A DNA stretch of 64,000 nt from assembly GCA_963805855.1 (NCBI GenBank), contig CAWDVW010000002.1, forward strand, positions 352,001-416,000, given 5' to 3'. This DNA comes from Candidatus Dadabacteria bacterium. GTDB taxonomy: Bacteria > Desulfobacterota_D > UBA1144 > Nemesobacterales > CSP1-2. Of the stretch, positions 30,076 through 39,960 are shown piece after piece; positions within the stretch are counted from its first letter, which is position 1, and every line of letters begins with the position of its first letter. The position numbers were made by a program, and so were the translations under genes. The notes beneath the pieces were generated by a model. That model had not been told where the DNA came from, made no database searches, and saw nothing but the letters and a program-made list of their open reading frames with translations.

Positions 30076-32201
30076 TCCAGACCCAGGTTCTGCTGGATGA
30101 TCGACTGGTCGGCAGCGTTGGTCAGCCCGTCGAGGTTCAGGTCGTAGACGCTCGAGAGGCCGGATGACTCGCTGTAGAAGCGCCAGTCGGCGAGGTCCTT
30201 GCCATCGACGACGAAGTCGATGTTGCCGTCGCCCGGACAGGGCGGAGCGGAATCGAGAATCGCCTCGAGCTGTGCCGAGAGCGCATCATAGTTACGCTGC
30301 TCCTCGGGCGTCAGTTGATCGAGTGGCAGCTCGTCGCCCTCTTTGTCGAGCTTCGGAACCGGAACGGCCTCGTTGATCTCGTAGAACTCGGTAGTGACAG
30401 TGTCGACGCACGGCTCCTGCTGCGACACGTACTCCTTAAAGGAGTTCTGCACGATCTTGTAGCGATCATTGCGGATCGCGACCGCCGTCAGAGGCGTAAT
30501 ATCGTAGGGATCGTACCCATTCTCGACGACGAACGCGTTCACCTCACAGCAGAACTTGAAACCCGCTTCCGGGGCCCCCTTGGTGATCTCGGCATCGTGG
30601 CCGGCGCCCCACCAGGTGCCATTGTTGTCCTCGCAGACGCTCTGCGAGACCGGGATCTGCGTGCAGCCATTGCCGATGGTGCAGGGGCCGTTGATAGCGC
30701 CGCCGACCTGCAGGTTCACCCCGATCTGGGTGAAGTTCCACTCGCGGATGCTGCTCTGTGTCGCGTTCGTGAGGTAGGGCAGCATGGGCATGGCGTCGAT
30801 CGGCCGTGGCACCGCCTGCTGCACGTCGTCAATGCCGGCGATCTCGCCGAATAGCGCATAGAGGTCCGCGATATTCACCATGTCCGATACGACGCGGCCG
30901 GGCTCGCGCACCAGTGGTCCGGCGACGATCAGCGGCACCCAGACGCCGGTCTGATATACCGTGCCCTTGGTTCGCATTCTATCGAATGGCTCCTTGACCG
31001 TCGGGGCGAAGCTGCCGTTGTCGTCGACGATGATCACCATCGTGTCGCCGCCCCCCGGTTGATAGACAAGGCGGCCGTCTCCGCCGCGCTGTGCGATCCC
31101 CGTTTCCACCAGCAGGCGGCCCACCTCGGTGTCGATGTACTCGATCATAAGGTTCGAGAGCACCCGCTGCGCCGGAATATCGGAGCAATCCAGGTTGCTG
31201 CTCTCCACATTGCCCGACTGTGCCTCGTCGACCGGCGGCTGCACCAGCGGGGTATGGTCCGACGAGAAGCTGACCGTCGCCATCCACGGCTGATCCCCCG
31301 GGCGGTCGTTGATCCACGCGACTGCCTCATCGACGGCGAACGTGTCGCGAAATCGGCGCGCGCGCGGATCGGAGAGTGGCACCTGCTCGACCGAGCCGTC
31401 CGGGTAGTTGAACACCATCGGCGAGACATAGTGGCTATTCAGAGTCGTGAAGTTCAGATAGTCCGGTGGCGGCATCTGACAGGTCTTGTTCGGATCCAAG
31501 ATGCCGCCCTGATCCAGGCAGGTGCGCCCTGGCGGGACCGGTCCGCTACTTGTAAGCTCGCGGCACGTGCCGTCCGCCATGTAGCAGGCGCCCGAATCAG
31601 CTCCGCCGGTGGCGCTTGCCCCGGGGACGAAACCGCACGAGTAGGAGGTGTCGGGCGGTGCCACTCCCCCGGCCGTCTTGTCGATGGACGATGGCTCACC
31701 GGTCTCGTCGAGCCAACCCGCGAAGTAATTCCAGCCAAGGTTGTACGGCATGGCGAAGCCGGCCGGATCGTGCCCCTGCAGGGCCAGGTGGAACTTGCCG
31801 AACAGGGCGCTGTCGTAGCCGCGCTGGGCAAGCAGCTTGGGCGTCGTCATCTCAAAGGGGGAGACCATCGAGTTGGCCAGGTCGTCAGGGCCCAGGGCGC
31901 CGAGCACGTTGGTGCGCAGCGGGAAGCGTGCGTCGAAGATCACCGCGCGGCTGGGCGTACAGGCCGGCATCGACCAGGTGTTGTGAAAGCGAATTCCGGC
32001 ACCGGCAATCTGGTCGATGTTTGGCATGCTCGGTGGTGTCTCCCCGCCGTAGCCGAAGACCTGCATCTGGTCGATGCCGACATCATCCATGATGACGAGC
32101 AGGATGTTTGGCGTTTTGCTCGTCGCGGCGTTGTCATCGCTTCCGTCACAGCCCGACAATGCCAAGACCAGAAGTCCCACCAGCGCCGACGCGATCTTCA
32201 T
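30060..32201 (-). CDS. Cys-type (formylglycine-dependent) sulfatase, lipoprotein, with a C-terminal dockerin/EF-hand-like domain
   Basis: PNILLVIMDDVG, CTPSR, GKFHL, DDNG, an LSGC lipobox, and GDGNIDFVVDGKDL/DLNLDGLTNAAD. An AGGAGG RBS favours the ATG at 32201. Confidence 0.9.
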   Translation of the reverse strand: MKIASALVGLLVLALSGCDGSDDNAATSKTPNILLVIMDDVGIDQMQVFGYGGETPPSMPNIDQIAGAGIRFHNTWSMPACTPSRAVIFDARFPLRTNVLGALGPDDLANSMVSPFEMTTPKLLAQRGYDSALFGKFHLALQGHDPAGFAMPYNLGWNYFAGWLDETGEPSSIDKTAGGVAPPDTSYSCGFVPGASATGGADSGACYMADGTCRELTSSGPVPPGRTCLDQGGILDPNKTCQMPPPDYLNFTTLNSHYVSPMVFNYPDGSVEQVPLSDPRARRFRDTFAVDEAVAWINDRPGDQPWMATVSFSSDHTPLVQPPVDEAQSGNVESSNLDCSDIPAQRVLSNLMIEYIDTEVGRLLVETGIAQRGGDGRLVYQPGGGDTMVIIVDDNGSFAPTVKEPFDRMRTKGTVYQTGVWVPLIVAGPLVREPGRVVSDMVNIADLYALFGEIAGIDDVQQAVPRPIDAMPMLPYLTNATQSSIREWNFTQIGVNLQVGGAINGPCTIGNGCTQIPVSQSVCEDNNGTWWGAGHDAEITKGAPEAGFKFCCEVNAFVVENGYDPYDITPLTAVAIRNDRYKIVQNSFKEYVSQQEPCVDTVTTEFYEINEAVPVPKLDKEGDELPLDQLTPEEQRNYDALSAQLEAILDSAPPCPGDGNIDFVVDGKDLADWRFYSESSGLSSVYDLNLDGLTNAADQSIIQQNLGLDCRAN

Positions 32202-32586
32202 GGTTATACTCCTCCTATTGGCTGAGCCGTTCTCTGGAAAGCCCTTCGGCCCGGGGTCAATCATCTGTCGCCGCAGCCACCTCGTTGTTGCGCCTCAAGC
32301 GTGAGCGACCGGACATTCCTCCCCGTCTAACTACTGGCTATGCGGAAATCTTTGTGCGCCCCTAGTCGTATGGGAAACATAAATCCATTTATGCATAAAA
32401 CTTCTTTATCAATTTTCATACCGTATCAAGAAAATAGATTTGTGTCAAGTATTGTTTCTAACATATACGTATTAAAAATCCACCGAGGGCAATATCATCC
32501 ACAATCTACGAATTGAGTAGGTTTAAATCTTATAGACTAACTCATAACCCCATTTTCAATTTTCACTTTAGATATATATTTTAATC

Positions 32587-32742
32587 ATGAGACAAAGATC
32601 GGCGCAATTCCTTGTAAGGCTTGATGAAAATATTCTTGATAGGCTAAGGGTACTAGCAAAGAAAGAGCGTAGAACTGCCAACGAGTTATTGAGGGAAGCG
32701 GTGGCAGACTTATTAAAAGAGAGGGAAATGCATAAATCTTAA
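32587..32742 (+). CDS. Small ribbon-helix-helix (Arc/CopG-like) DNA-binding protein, 51 aa
   Basis: Translated by hand: MRQRSAQFLVRLDENILDRLRVLAKKERRTANELLREAVADLLKEREMHKS. It is below the ORF-track cutoff. Confidence 0.7.
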   Translation: MRQRSAQFLVRLDENILDRLRVLAKKERRTANELLREAVADLLKEREMHKS

Positions 32743-32774
32743 GAAATCAAAATTTAAAAGGGGGGTAAATTGAT

Positions 32775-33300
32775 ATGGCTGTGTATAAAAAAGATAGTCG
32801 ATGGTATACGGTATATAGATTATTATTTGCCAAATGGCAAAAGGAAAAGGTATTAGACAGGGTGAGATATTCGATCTTAAATGGCAAAACCTACATTTCA
32901 AAGAAGGTTATATCTTAGTGAGAGAGAGCAGGAACAATCACTCAAGGGTAATACCTATCAACAAAGTATTGATGGACACTTTAAAATCAGTTAAAAATAA
33001 TGGCTCAGGCAAATATATATTTTCCCACAATTACGGGAACGACCCTGTTAAGACTTTCAAAACAGCATTTAATTCAGCAATCAGAGGATCAGGGGTAGAG
33101 AAGTTTAGATTTTATGCTCTGAGATATGCCTTTGCAAGTAAATTGATTATGGCCGGCGTAGACATTGTTACGGTTCAAGAGCTAATGGGACATAAGAGTG
33201 TTAACATGACAAAGAGATATTCTCAACCCTACCCCTGAGCACAAAAAACAGGCTGTAGAGAGGTTAAATTGGTCTGCTATGGACACCTATTTGGACACTG
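32775..33300 (+). pseudogene. Tyrosine integrase pseudogene
   Basis: The N-terminal arm MAVYKK..WY/YIDYYLPNGKRKR is frameshifted and joined directly to catalytic box I (GIRQGE). HxxRH has become YALRY. LMGH and RY are retained, and a further frameshift precedes PTPEHKKQAVERL. Confidence 0.85.
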
Positions 33301-33353
33301 ATTATACTAATAAGAGTGTCCGAGGGATTGTAAGTATCTGAAATTATTAGATT

Positions 33354-33427
<74 letters not shown>

Positions 33428-33439
33428 GAAAAAATCAAT

Positions 33440-33515
33440 GGTGGGTGTAGCTCAGGCTGGTTAGAGCACTGGGTTGTGGCCCCAGAGGTCGCCGGTTCAA
33501 GTCCGGTCACCCACC
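33440..33515 (+). tRNA. tRNA-His(GTG)
   Basis: G-1 plus GTGGGTG/CACCCAC acceptor stem, anticodon loop TTGTGGC and GGTTCAAGTCC. CCA is not encoded. Confidence 0.95.
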
Positions 33516-33567
33516 CTCTTTTCGCTAGTATTTTCAGAGAGTTATCCAATAATTAAAGGATATTCCG

Positions 33568-34236
33568 TCACGTAGGAATCAAATCACAATAATAAAAGCG
33601 GTTATTCCTCAGGACGACTCCCCCCTTAGCAAATATTATGGGAATTTCAAAAATATGCCCGGCATATACGAATGTATGGAATTCTCCGTTTTCTCCACAA
33701 GGATCGACCCCAGCAGGAAGGTCAGATAAAAATTGCTCATCGTATTCTCTGCCTGCGAATGATTTGTCTAATGCTTCTGCATCTACGCATGTGATAACCG
33801 CCTTGAATCCCGACGCTATAAACGTGTTGGCGAGGTCAATGGAATTTTTCCCCCAAATAGGGAATAAGCCCCTCATGCCTATTCCGCTTAGAAAATCTTC
33901 CCGGTACGTTCTTATATCTTGTAGGAAGATATCCCCAAATGCTACAGAACTAATGCCCATTTTCTTATATTCAAGGACTACTTCACTGAACTTTGATTCA
34001 TATTCCTCATTTGAAGCCTTGTGTGAGATAAAAATCTTTTCCAAGGGTATACCAATGGAATCTGCCTGCTGTTCGAGAAGGATTCTTCTTATACCGTGCA
34101 TGCTGACCCTGTCATAATCTTTGGTGATAGTCGTTATCAAGGCGACTATCTCAAAATTGTCGTTTTTTCGAAGCTCACGTAGAGCTAATACACTATCTTT
34201 TCCACCACTCCAGGATAGAAGAACTTTTTCGGCCAT
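33568..34236 (-). CDS. PP-loop ATP pyrophosphatase, diphthine-ammonia ligase-like (MJ0570/Dph6-related)
   Basis: SWSGGKDS, AFGDIFL and DPCGENGEFHTFV. Confidence 0.88.
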   Translation of the reverse strand: MAEKVLLSWSGGKDSVLALRELRKNDNFEIVALITTITKDYDRVSMHGIRRILLEQQADSIGIPLEKIFISHKASNEEYESKFSEVVLEYKKMGISSVAFGDIFLQDIRTYREDFLSGIGMRGLFPIWGKNSIDLANTFIASGFKAVITCVDAEALDKSFAGREYDEQFLSDLPAGVDPCGENGEFHTFVYAGHIFEIPIIFAKGGVVLRNNRFYYCDLIPT

Positions 34237-34420
34237 TGCGATTCTCCAAATTTAAGTATTGATCATTAGAGGATAAATCATTAAGAAAAGCGCGTCACCT
34301 TTTTAGGAGTCGGAAGTCAGAATTGAATGTATAATTATATAGGCAGGTTTGGAGATTGAAAGTAAGAATTTCAAATCGATTATGCCTTCATTCTCCGGGC
34401 TCCGATTTTCCACCTAATCT

Positions 34421-34443
34421 GTAGGAGCGGCTTCCAGCCGCGA
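34421..34443 (+). repeat. GTAG-type REP upstream of RAYT
   Basis: GTAGGAGCGGCTTCCAGCCGCGA, a GTAG tetranucleotide followed by a hairpin. Confidence 0.85.
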
Positions 34444-34455
34444 GAAAGGAAATAC

Positions 34456-34920
34456 ATGAGAAATACGCAACCCCATCAAAAAAGCCTTCGAAACGGTCGC
34501 TATATCGAGGAAGGTCTTTTCTACTTTGTTACTTCAGTAACAAAAGACCGTAGTGCCTAGTTTCTTAAATCTCACGCCGCGCTAACCGTGCTGGATGCCC
34601 TGAAATGGCTGGACCAAAAAGATCGAATAATCTTGGTGGTTGCGGTGGTTATGCCTGACCATCTTCACTTCATTGCTCAACTTAAGGACAAAACACTGTC
34701 TCGGCTGATGCATTCACTGAAAAGCTACACGGCAAATGAAATTAATAAAATCTTGGGTAGACGAGGTCATGTTTGGGAACACCAGTATTACGAAAGCGGC
34801 ATAAGATCTGAGCGGGCCTTGAAAGAGAAAGTCGAATATTGCTTAAAGAACCCCGAAAGAAGAGGTTTGGTGGAAGACTTCAGGAAGTATCCATATTGGT
34901 ATTGCAGGTATCAAGTCTGA
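34456..34920 (+). pseudogene. REP-associated tyrosine transposase (RAYT, Y1 HUH), interrupted by an in-frame TAG
   Basis: ATG 34456 with RBS reads SLRNGR...YFVT...R, then TAG at 34558-34560. The same frame continues to MPDHLH, KSYTA, VWEHQYYE, YCLKNP and YPY. Confidence 0.85.
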
Positions 34921-34991
34921 TCGCGCCAAGATGGCGCTCCTACGGAAGGGGCGGAACTTGGATTGTTGTAGGAGCAGCTCCCAGCCGCGAT
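34920..34991. repeat. Two GTAG-type REPs downstream of RAYT in opposite orientation
   Basis: 34920-34943 (minus strand, GTAGGAGCGCCATCTTGGCGCGAT) and 34968-34991 (GTAGGAGCAGCTCCCAGCCGCGAT). Confidence 0.85.
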
Positions 34992-35107
34992 AATCAGATC
35001 GCACAAACGGTAACCCTGAATAAATCATTGGATTACAAACGAGGGTAGCTTCGTTTATTATTGGGTAATATATATCGTTCATTGAAAATTAAGCGCTATT
35101 TACTTAA

Positions 35108-36211
35108 ATGTATAAACAAATAATAAGACCGATACTAGATCGGTTGGACTCAGAGACATGGCATGATATAGCCCGCGAATCATTGCACTTTGCAGAGGTG
35201 TCTCCCTTTACCCTTAAATTATTGGAGAAATTTGCTTACAGAGGAAGTCGATTTGTCGATGATAGGCTTCGAGTTTCACTGGGCGGGGTAGAATTGGAAA
35301 ACCCCCTTATAGTGGGCGCAGGATGGGATAAAGCCGGCCGTGCCGTGAAGGGACTATGGCAATTCGGGTTTGCCGGCGTAGAGGTCGGGTCGGTCCTCGA
35401 GTATCCACAGGCTGGAAATCCTAAACCCAGGATGTTCATGCTGTCATCGGGTGTTGCTCTAAATTGGCTAGCCTTTAACAGCCCTGGGGTTGATCTTGTC
35501 GCAAGAAATCTCGAGAAGTATAAGGATAGCGGCATACCCATTGGAATAAGTATAGGCATCAACCGGGACGTTGACGCGAAGGATGCCCCAATTGCCCATG
35601 CTGTAGTGGCAGAGGAGTTATACGATCATGCGAGTTATTTTGTCATTAATATTAGCTCGCCAAATACACCGGGGCTCAGACGACTCCAGGTCAAAAATTC
35701 TGTTACAGATATAGCGCGAGCCGTTAACCGAGAAATGGATGAGAAGGGCGAAAGAAAACCCCTGTTCGTAAAAATAGCTCCTGACCTCAATCAGAATGAC
35801 CTGGATGGCATTATTGACGCAGTCGTTGATAATGGTTTGACAGGAATAATAGCGGCAAACACCGCCGATATTCCTGAGCTAAGAGCGAAGTACGGTGAAA
35901 GATGGAGGAATGTTAGTGGCGGAATAAGCGGTGACGATGAGGATTATAGGAGGATGACGACCGAAAAAATCACCCATATCTACAGGCAAGCTGGCAAATC
36001 GGTGGAAATTATAGGGGTCGGAGGCGTAAACGATACCGAGACAGCCATTGAAAAAATCAAAGCAGGGGCAAAAGCGCTTCAAATCGTTACAGGCATCAGG
36101 GGAGAAGGCCCCACCCTGCCCGGCAGGATCAACCGCGGGCTTGTCGAGTATATGGAGAAAGAGGGCATCAAAAACCTTGATGAGATAGTGGGAATTGATG
36201 TTAGGAAATAA
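35108..36211 (+). CDS. pyrD: Dihydroorotate dehydrogenase (quinone), class 2
   Basis: AGWDK, QAGNPKPRMF, NISSPNTPGLR, VKIAPD and IGVGGV. Confidence 0.93.
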   Translation: MYKQIIRPILDRLDSETWHDIARESLHFAEVSPFTLKLLEKFAYRGSRFVDDRLRVSLGGVELENPLIVGAGWDKAGRAVKGLWQFGFAGVEVGSVLEYPQAGNPKPRMFMLSSGVALNWLAFNSPGVDLVARNLEKYKDSGIPIGISIGINRDVDAKDAPIAHAVVAEELYDHASYFVINISSPNTPGLRRLQVKNSVTDIARAVNREMDEKGERKPLFVKIAPDLNQNDLDGIIDAVVDNGLTGIIAANTADIPELRAKYGERWRNVSGGISGDDEDYRRMTTEKITHIYRQAGKSVEIIGVGGVNDTETAIEKIKAGAKALQIVTGIRGEGPTLPGRINRGLVEYMEKEGIKNLDEIVGIDVRK

Positions 36212-36311
36212 TATAATCAACGATAGACGGGACTTTTCCAGCCCCCTCTTTCGTTCCCCCCCAATTCATTGGGGGAGAGTATGATTGTATGATTCGAGGT
36301 GATTTCTGAAT

Positions 36312-36334
36312 GTAGCGGCGACCTTAAGGTCGCC
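36312..36334 (+). repeat. GTAG-type REP-like palindrome
   Basis: GTAGC followed by GGCGACC-TTAA-GGTCGCC, between the convergent pyrD and argJ. Confidence 0.6.
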
Positions 36335-36363
36335 ATGCTGGATTGGAGAACACTTGCCGTACC

Positions 36364-37542
36364 TTAGGTCCTATAATGGGCATTTAGCTTCAAGTATTCC
36401 ATCGTTATATCGCTGGCTATGACAAAAGAACTTGCCTTGCCACTTTTGATGTCTAGGGTAACTGTAAAATTTGGCTGTCTTATAACATGCTCAAATTTAT
36501 TTCCATCCATAACCTCGACACCGTTTCTGACTACCTTATAATTTCCAAAATAAAGGTCCACCTTCTCAGGATCGAATTTAACCCCTGCCCTTCCAGCGGC
36601 GGCAATTATTCTGCCCCAATTCGGGTCTTCGCCATAAAAAGCGGTCTTGACCAGCAATGAGGACCCGAGTGTTCTGGCAATGAGATTTGCTTGACTCTCG
36701 GTTTTCGCATTCTTAATTATGATCTTTACAACCTTGGTAGCCCCTTCCCCATCTCTCACAATCATCTCTGCGATCTCAGTGCTAAGTTCGGTCAATGCCC
36801 TTTCAAACTTCTTATACATCCTATCTCCCTCAGCGATTGCCTTGTTTCCCAGTATCCCGTTTGAAAGCATGATCACAGCATCATTAGTTGAGGTGTCACC
36901 ATCTACAATTATCCGATTAAACGATGTTTCAACTGACCTCTTCAGAGATTTCACCATGGCCCTTCTTGTTAGGTTGATATCAGTTAGGATAAAACACAGC
37001 ATGGTAGCCATCTGAGGGGCAATCATTCCCGCCCCTTTTCCAATTGCGCATATTGTCCCCAATTTCCCATCTACCTTTAACCTTGAAGATGCGTATTTAG
37101 GAAACTGATCCGTCGTCATTATTGCCTCAGCCATATCTACCAGTCCATCGTGCCTTAAACTAGAAATCAGATTCGGGACTGCTTTCTCTATCTTTTCCAC
37201 GGGCAGAAACTCGCCTATTACCCCTGTCGAAGAAGGTATTACTAGTGATTCCTCAATCTTGAGCCTATTTGCGACTATTCTCGTTGTAAGTTCAGCATCC
37301 TTGATACCTCTTTTAGCAGTGCAGGCATTTGCATTGCCGCTGTTTACGATTACTGCCTGACAGAACCCGCCCTTAACGCGCTCCATAGCAATTACTACAG
37401 GTGCAGCTTTTACAACGTTGGTTGTAAAAACCGCCGCAACTCTTGCCGGAATCTCAGAAAAAATCAGACCCAAATCTTTCTTCTCTTTCTTCTTTATTCC
37501 TGCATATATTCCCGAGCTAAGAAATCCTGGCACCTCGATCAT
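36364..37542 (-). CDS. argJ: Glutamate N-acetyltransferase / ornithine acetyltransferase
   Basis: NSGNANACT, KGAGMIAPQMATML, DGDTSTND and RDGEGATK. Confidence 0.96.
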   Translation of the reverse strand: MIEVPGFLSSGIYAGIKKKEKKDLGLIFSEIPARVAAVFTTNVVKAAPVVIAMERVKGGFCQAVIVNSGNANACTAKRGIKDAELTTRIVANRLKIEESLVIPSSTGVIGEFLPVEKIEKAVPNLISSLRHDGLVDMAEAIMTTDQFPKYASSRLKVDGKLGTICAIGKGAGMIAPQMATMLCFILTDINLTRRAMVKSLKRSVETSFNRIIVDGDTSTNDAVIMLSNGILGNKAIAEGDRMYKKFERALTELSTEIAEMIVRDGEGATKVVKIIIKNAKTESQANLIARTLGSSLLVKTAFYGEDPNWGRIIAAAGRAGVKFDPEKVDLYFGNYKVVRNGVEVMDGNKFEHVIRQPNFTVTLDIKSGKASSFVIASDITMEYLKLNAHYRT

Positions 37543-38252
37543 TTACAAAGCTCCTCGACTAATTTAAATGACTTAAATTCTTTCCCAGTATGATATTCGG
37601 TGAATTTTCGAAATAGATTTATATACTTAAAAGCCCTTCCATGGTCCTCATCTATTAATCGTGAATCTAGCAAAAAATCCCTCGATAAAACAAGTCCAAC
37701 GGTCTTACTCGAATTACAACTTGAGCAAATAAATCCTCCCATTTTGATGCTGAAGGACGATCTTTCATCAATAACCTGACCACATTCAGCACAGGAAGTG
37801 AGGTTAGGCATTAACCCTGACAATTTAAGAATAGAGAGTTGAAACCTCAAAAGTTCTGGAAGAGCGGATGTCCCGGAATCAAGAGACGAGAATGTATCCA
37901 CCAAGAGGCTAAAAGTTTTTTCGTTGGGTTCTTCTTTTGGCACGAGGATTTCTATATTCTCCATAATGAAACTCCCCAGAGCAAAGAGGTCTAAATTCCG
38001 CATTAAACTAGAAAAAACATTTATAGTCTCGCAGTCCTCAACGAAACTCATTCTGCCCGATCTTTCCCGAAAACGAATGCGAAGATGTATAAATGGCTCG
38101 AGCCTTCCACCAAACCGCCTACTGCTCTTCTTAGCATTCTTTGCAAACCCGGTAATTTTCCCGTAATCCCTGGTGAAAATCGAGAGTATGAAATCCGCTT
38201 CACCGTAGATATTCTTCTTAAGTATAAATGACTCAGAGAGCTGCATTAACAA
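37539..38252 (-). CDS. recO: DNA repair protein RecO
   Basis: GEAD...FTRDYGKI...AKKSSRRFGGRLEPF and a C4 zinc finger. Confidence 0.9.
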   Translation of the reverse strand: MLMQLSESFILKKNIYGEADFILSIFTRDYGKITGFAKNAKKSSRRFGGRLEPFIHLRIRFRERSGRMSFVEDCETINVFSSLMRNLDLFALGSFIMENIEILVPKEEPNEKTFSLLVDTFSSLDSGTSALPELLRFQLSILKLSGLMPNLTSCAECGQVIDERSSFSIKMGGFICSSCNSSKTVGLVLSRDFLLDSRLIDEDHGRAFKYINLFRKFTEYHTGKEFKSFKLVEELCK

Positions 38253-38261
38253 TATTATTGT

Positions 38262-39614
38262 CTAAAAAATCATCATAGCAATAAAGAGATAAACAACCGA
38301 ACCAAATAAATCATTAAACATCGTCAGAAACGGACCAGAAGCGGCGGCGGGATCAAACTTTAATTTGTACAGGGTAAGGGGTCCGGCCACCCCAATGAAT
38401 GAGGTAGCGATGGTCGCCGTAACCATCGCTACGAAAACCGCAATGGCTAGTTTTCCAACTTGTGGCTCGTTCATGCTAATTACCGAGCCAACAACCGCCG
38501 CAACTGAACCACAAATCAAACCAATAATCAATCCCACTTTTAATTCTGCAAGAATCAACGTTATCATTTCTCCAAAGTGTATCGTTCCCATGCCGAGACC
38601 CCTGATGACAATCGTTACGGTCTGAAGCCCGACATTTCCACCGGTAGCCATTATAGCAGGCATAAATGCAGCTAGGATCGCAACCTTTTGTAGCGTCGGT
38701 TTGAATGTATGAATTATCACCAAGGCTATCATAAGCTCTCCAAAGAGTGTTAAGATAAGCCAAGGTGTCCTCAATCTTACTCTTGTGGCCGTTGGTGTGT
38801 ATATTGGATGAAGATATTCTTGAACGCCTGCTAATTGATACATGTCTTCAGAAGCTTCTTCTGTTATGACATCGATGATATCGTCTGCAGTGATCCGTCC
38901 AATCAGTTCTCCGTTTTCTCCTACCACCGGGAGAGAGAAAATATCGTACTTTTCGAACAGATTGCCAACCGCTTCCTGATCCATAGACGGGGTAGCCGTT
39001 ATTTCAACAGGCTCCATTATACTCTTTACCGTTGCTCTGGGATTTGAAAGAAGCAGTTTCTTTGGCGTGACTACTCCGAGGAGTTTTTCATTGTCATCTA
39101 CCACGTATATTTCATGAAAATCTTCCACATCTTCAGCAATCAGACGAATCCAATTTATTGCTTCTGCGACGGTGGAATCCTCTTGTACCTCGACCAGTTC
39201 CTTCTGCATAATACCACCGGCGGAATCTTCAGCATATTTGAGAAGAGTCTCTACCTCTTCTACCTCTCGAGGCGGTAACTTTTCAAGTACCAATCTTGCA
39301 GTTTCATCGGGTAATTCTCCAATCAGGTCAGCAGCGTCATCTGAATCCATTTCTTCAACCAATTCAGCTATTTCACCTAGGTCAAGTGTCTTTAGAACCT
39401 CCTGCCGAACCTCTGGCTCGATCTCTAAAATCACTTCAGAGGCCGTTTTCTTATCTAGGCTATTGATTACCCTCGATTGATCTTCAGGTTCAAGAGCTTG
39501 GATCAAGTCAGAAATTTCGAATGGTTGAAGCTTTGAGAGCAATTCCTCAATCTCCTCTGCTTTTCCCTTCAAAATTAAATTGGAAAATTCCTCTTTATAC
39601 TTTTGTTCTTCCAT
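38262..39614 (-). CDS. mgtE: Magnesium transporter MgtE
   Basis: N-domain DDAAD, CBS pair, GGNVGLQ and DPAAASGPF...ND. Confidence 0.95.
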   Translation of the reverse strand: MEEQKYKEEFSNLILKGKAEEIEELLSKLQPFEISDLIQALEPEDQSRVINSLDKKTASEVILEIEPEVRQEVLKTLDLGEIAELVEEMDSDDAADLIGELPDETARLVLEKLPPREVEEVETLLKYAEDSAGGIMQKELVEVQEDSTVAEAINWIRLIAEDVEDFHEIYVVDDNEKLLGVVTPKKLLLSNPRATVKSIMEPVEITATPSMDQEAVGNLFEKYDIFSLPVVGENGELIGRITADDIIDVITEEASEDMYQLAGVQEYLHPIYTPTATRVRLRTPWLILTLFGELMIALVIIHTFKPTLQKVAILAAFMPAIMATGGNVGLQTVTIVIRGLGMGTIHFGEMITLILAELKVGLIIGLICGSVAAVVGSVISMNEPQVGKLAIAVFVAMVTATIATSFIGVAGPLTLYKLKFDPAAASGPFLTMFNDLFGSVVYLFIAMMIF

Positions 39615-39960
39615 GATGCCGATTTGACATTTTAGGGTCTAATCAAGCTAGTCTAAGTGAGAAACCTAAAATGTAAAGCAATATATGTTCTATTCAATAC
39701 AAAAGAATAATAACTGCATTATGCTCCTTTAAAATTCATGATATCAGATATTGATTCTGCATATGTCAAAGCCAGTGATCCAACATCTAAACAACTACTT
39801 ATTCGAATAATAATATTTAGCCACCCGAAGAATTTCTTTATTTTATAATTCATTAAGATAATATAAATAGATCGAGAAACAGACGGTGTAAATCATTTGA
39901 AACTTGGTATAGTTAAGAAATAGTCAAACAAAGCAATCATTTGTTGTTAATGGAGGTAGT

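Noticed and set aside
30164-32365. Many overlapping ORFs, including a 388-aa plus-strand ORF
   Set aside because: This is the expected stop-codon scarcity in high-GC DNA. The minus-strand sulfatase explains the region.
34558-34560. Pyrrolysine or amber recoding in the RAYT
   Set aside because: TAG is a normal stop for many intact genes in the window and no pyl genes are visible.
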